Shown here piece by piece: positions 62,865 to 64,000 of a stretch of DNA of 64,000 nucleotides; position 1 is the stretch's first letter, and each line of letters opens with the position of its first letter. The translations under genes and the position numbers were made by a program. The DNA comes from Leucoraja erinacea. Its lineage: Eukaryota. Location of the stretch: assembly GCF_028641065.1 (NCBI RefSeq), contig NC_073387.1, positions 31,496,001-31,560,000 of the forward strand. Direction: 5' to 3'. A model generated the notes under the pieces. The model did no database searches and was not told the origin of the DNA. It saw only the letters and a program-made list of their open reading frames with translations.

Positions 62865-64000
62865 ATAAGAGCAGTTCCCAACACCACCCTCATTAAAACT
62901 GTGAAATGACAGAGAGAATAATTAAAGGCCTCCACACAGTAATTGTCAAATGTTTTATCTGAGATACTTTCATTGCAGGATGATTTGAAATGATCTTGTT
63001 TACACTGATAAGGTAAGTAGAAAAGGGCATCAGCATTTGAACTGATGCCGAATGAACTTGGCAATTCTGACACTGTATCTGCACATTCCAAACTTGCAGC
63101 CCCCACTCCAGCACTGTCTGAAGCAACAAAGCATTGTCCTATTGAACGTTATCCTTCTCCGCTAAAGTTTGTTCCTGATCTGTTGCATATTTATCAATAT
63201 CATTAACAAATTGAGGCTGAAATTTTAGTTGAAATCAGAAAGGTAGGTGTTAATTGACTGAGACACAAGTCTCATGCCACGCTATTTATTAAAGTAATAT
63301 AAAATACCATTTCCATGATAACGTTGCAGTGTTTCTTTGCTGTACCTAAAACAGATGGCAATTATTAGAAAGTATTTTCATTGATTTTCATTATAACAGT
63401 TTTTTACTCTCTGAGCACTTAATACAAAGTGGTGCTCATAAAAAGAAAGTTTCCATAGCTCTAGGATATCAAACTCATGAACATAAAAGAAAATGAAAAA
63501 CACAATGCTGGGTTACAGAATCCTAATGAATAATTTGACCGACGATTGAGAACTAAGAAATAGATTAAACGTGCTGATAATGTCCAGTCACCAGAAGGGG
63601 ATAATAGAATAATGGCGGTAGGAGGTTGTTTTTTAGATAACTTGGACAAGTAAATACCTAAAATTGGAGTGAAAACAAATATTGGGGCGCTCAAAAGGGA
63701 CAGATGTGGAATATTTTTGGAAACAAATAGAAAATATAGCAAATTCTCACTTAAATGAAAAGATTTTCTTTTAAACAACAATGCTGGCATGGTATAAACT
63801 AAACAAATGGTTTAATATGGAAGTGAGAGTAGCGTGCTACAAGAGGGGTGGTTGCAAATTGAGTAATTATATCATGAAAAATGGTGGGAATCAAAGTGGA
63901 AAAGACACTAATTTTTCTGCCATTCCATCATATTCAAGAAAATTGTAAAAGTAACTTTGTAATCTTTGAAATTTCTTGGGAGCAGGACTGCCCTGGCAGA

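Noticed and set aside
1-64000. CRISPR arrays, retrons or other prokaryotic systems
   Set aside because: The sequence is vertebrate-type; there is no regular repeat-spacer array or operon, and all RTs belong to LINE, LTR or Penelope classes.

Overview
This is eukaryotic, repeat-dominated, apparently gene-free sequence (intergenic or deep intronic). The repeat complement (esterase-ORF1 CR1 LINEs, HE1-type tRNA SINEs, Penelope fragments) suggests a cartilaginous fish, probably a skate or ray; that assignment is inference. No host protein-coding exon could be supported, and every recognisable ORF is a decayed transposon remnant. The window holds many CR1 LINEs of at least two young subfamilies plus older ones, L2, RTE and HERO-like fragments, three Gypsy LTR elements (one full-length with both LTRs and a TSD), a Penelope element, two Tc1 elements, Harbinger-like MITEs, a TAG...CTA element with a 7-bp TSD and Helitron-like pieces. 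Two signals stand out. (1) Two unrelated Gypsy elements each carry a DNA copy of the 3' half of their primer tRNA (Trp, 37 nt; Leu, 47 nt). Both copies include CCA, both end at about tRNA position 40, and both sit exactly at an internal inversion junction next to gag. (2) A dispersed family of 100-200 bp Penelope-terminus mini-inserts has its own 10-14 bp TSDs, and several copies carry a minimal hammerhead-ribozyme core; one was split by the Gypsy element exactly at GAAAC. One segment (about 56500-56840) looks like an assembly artefact. All coordinates and alignments were made by eye.
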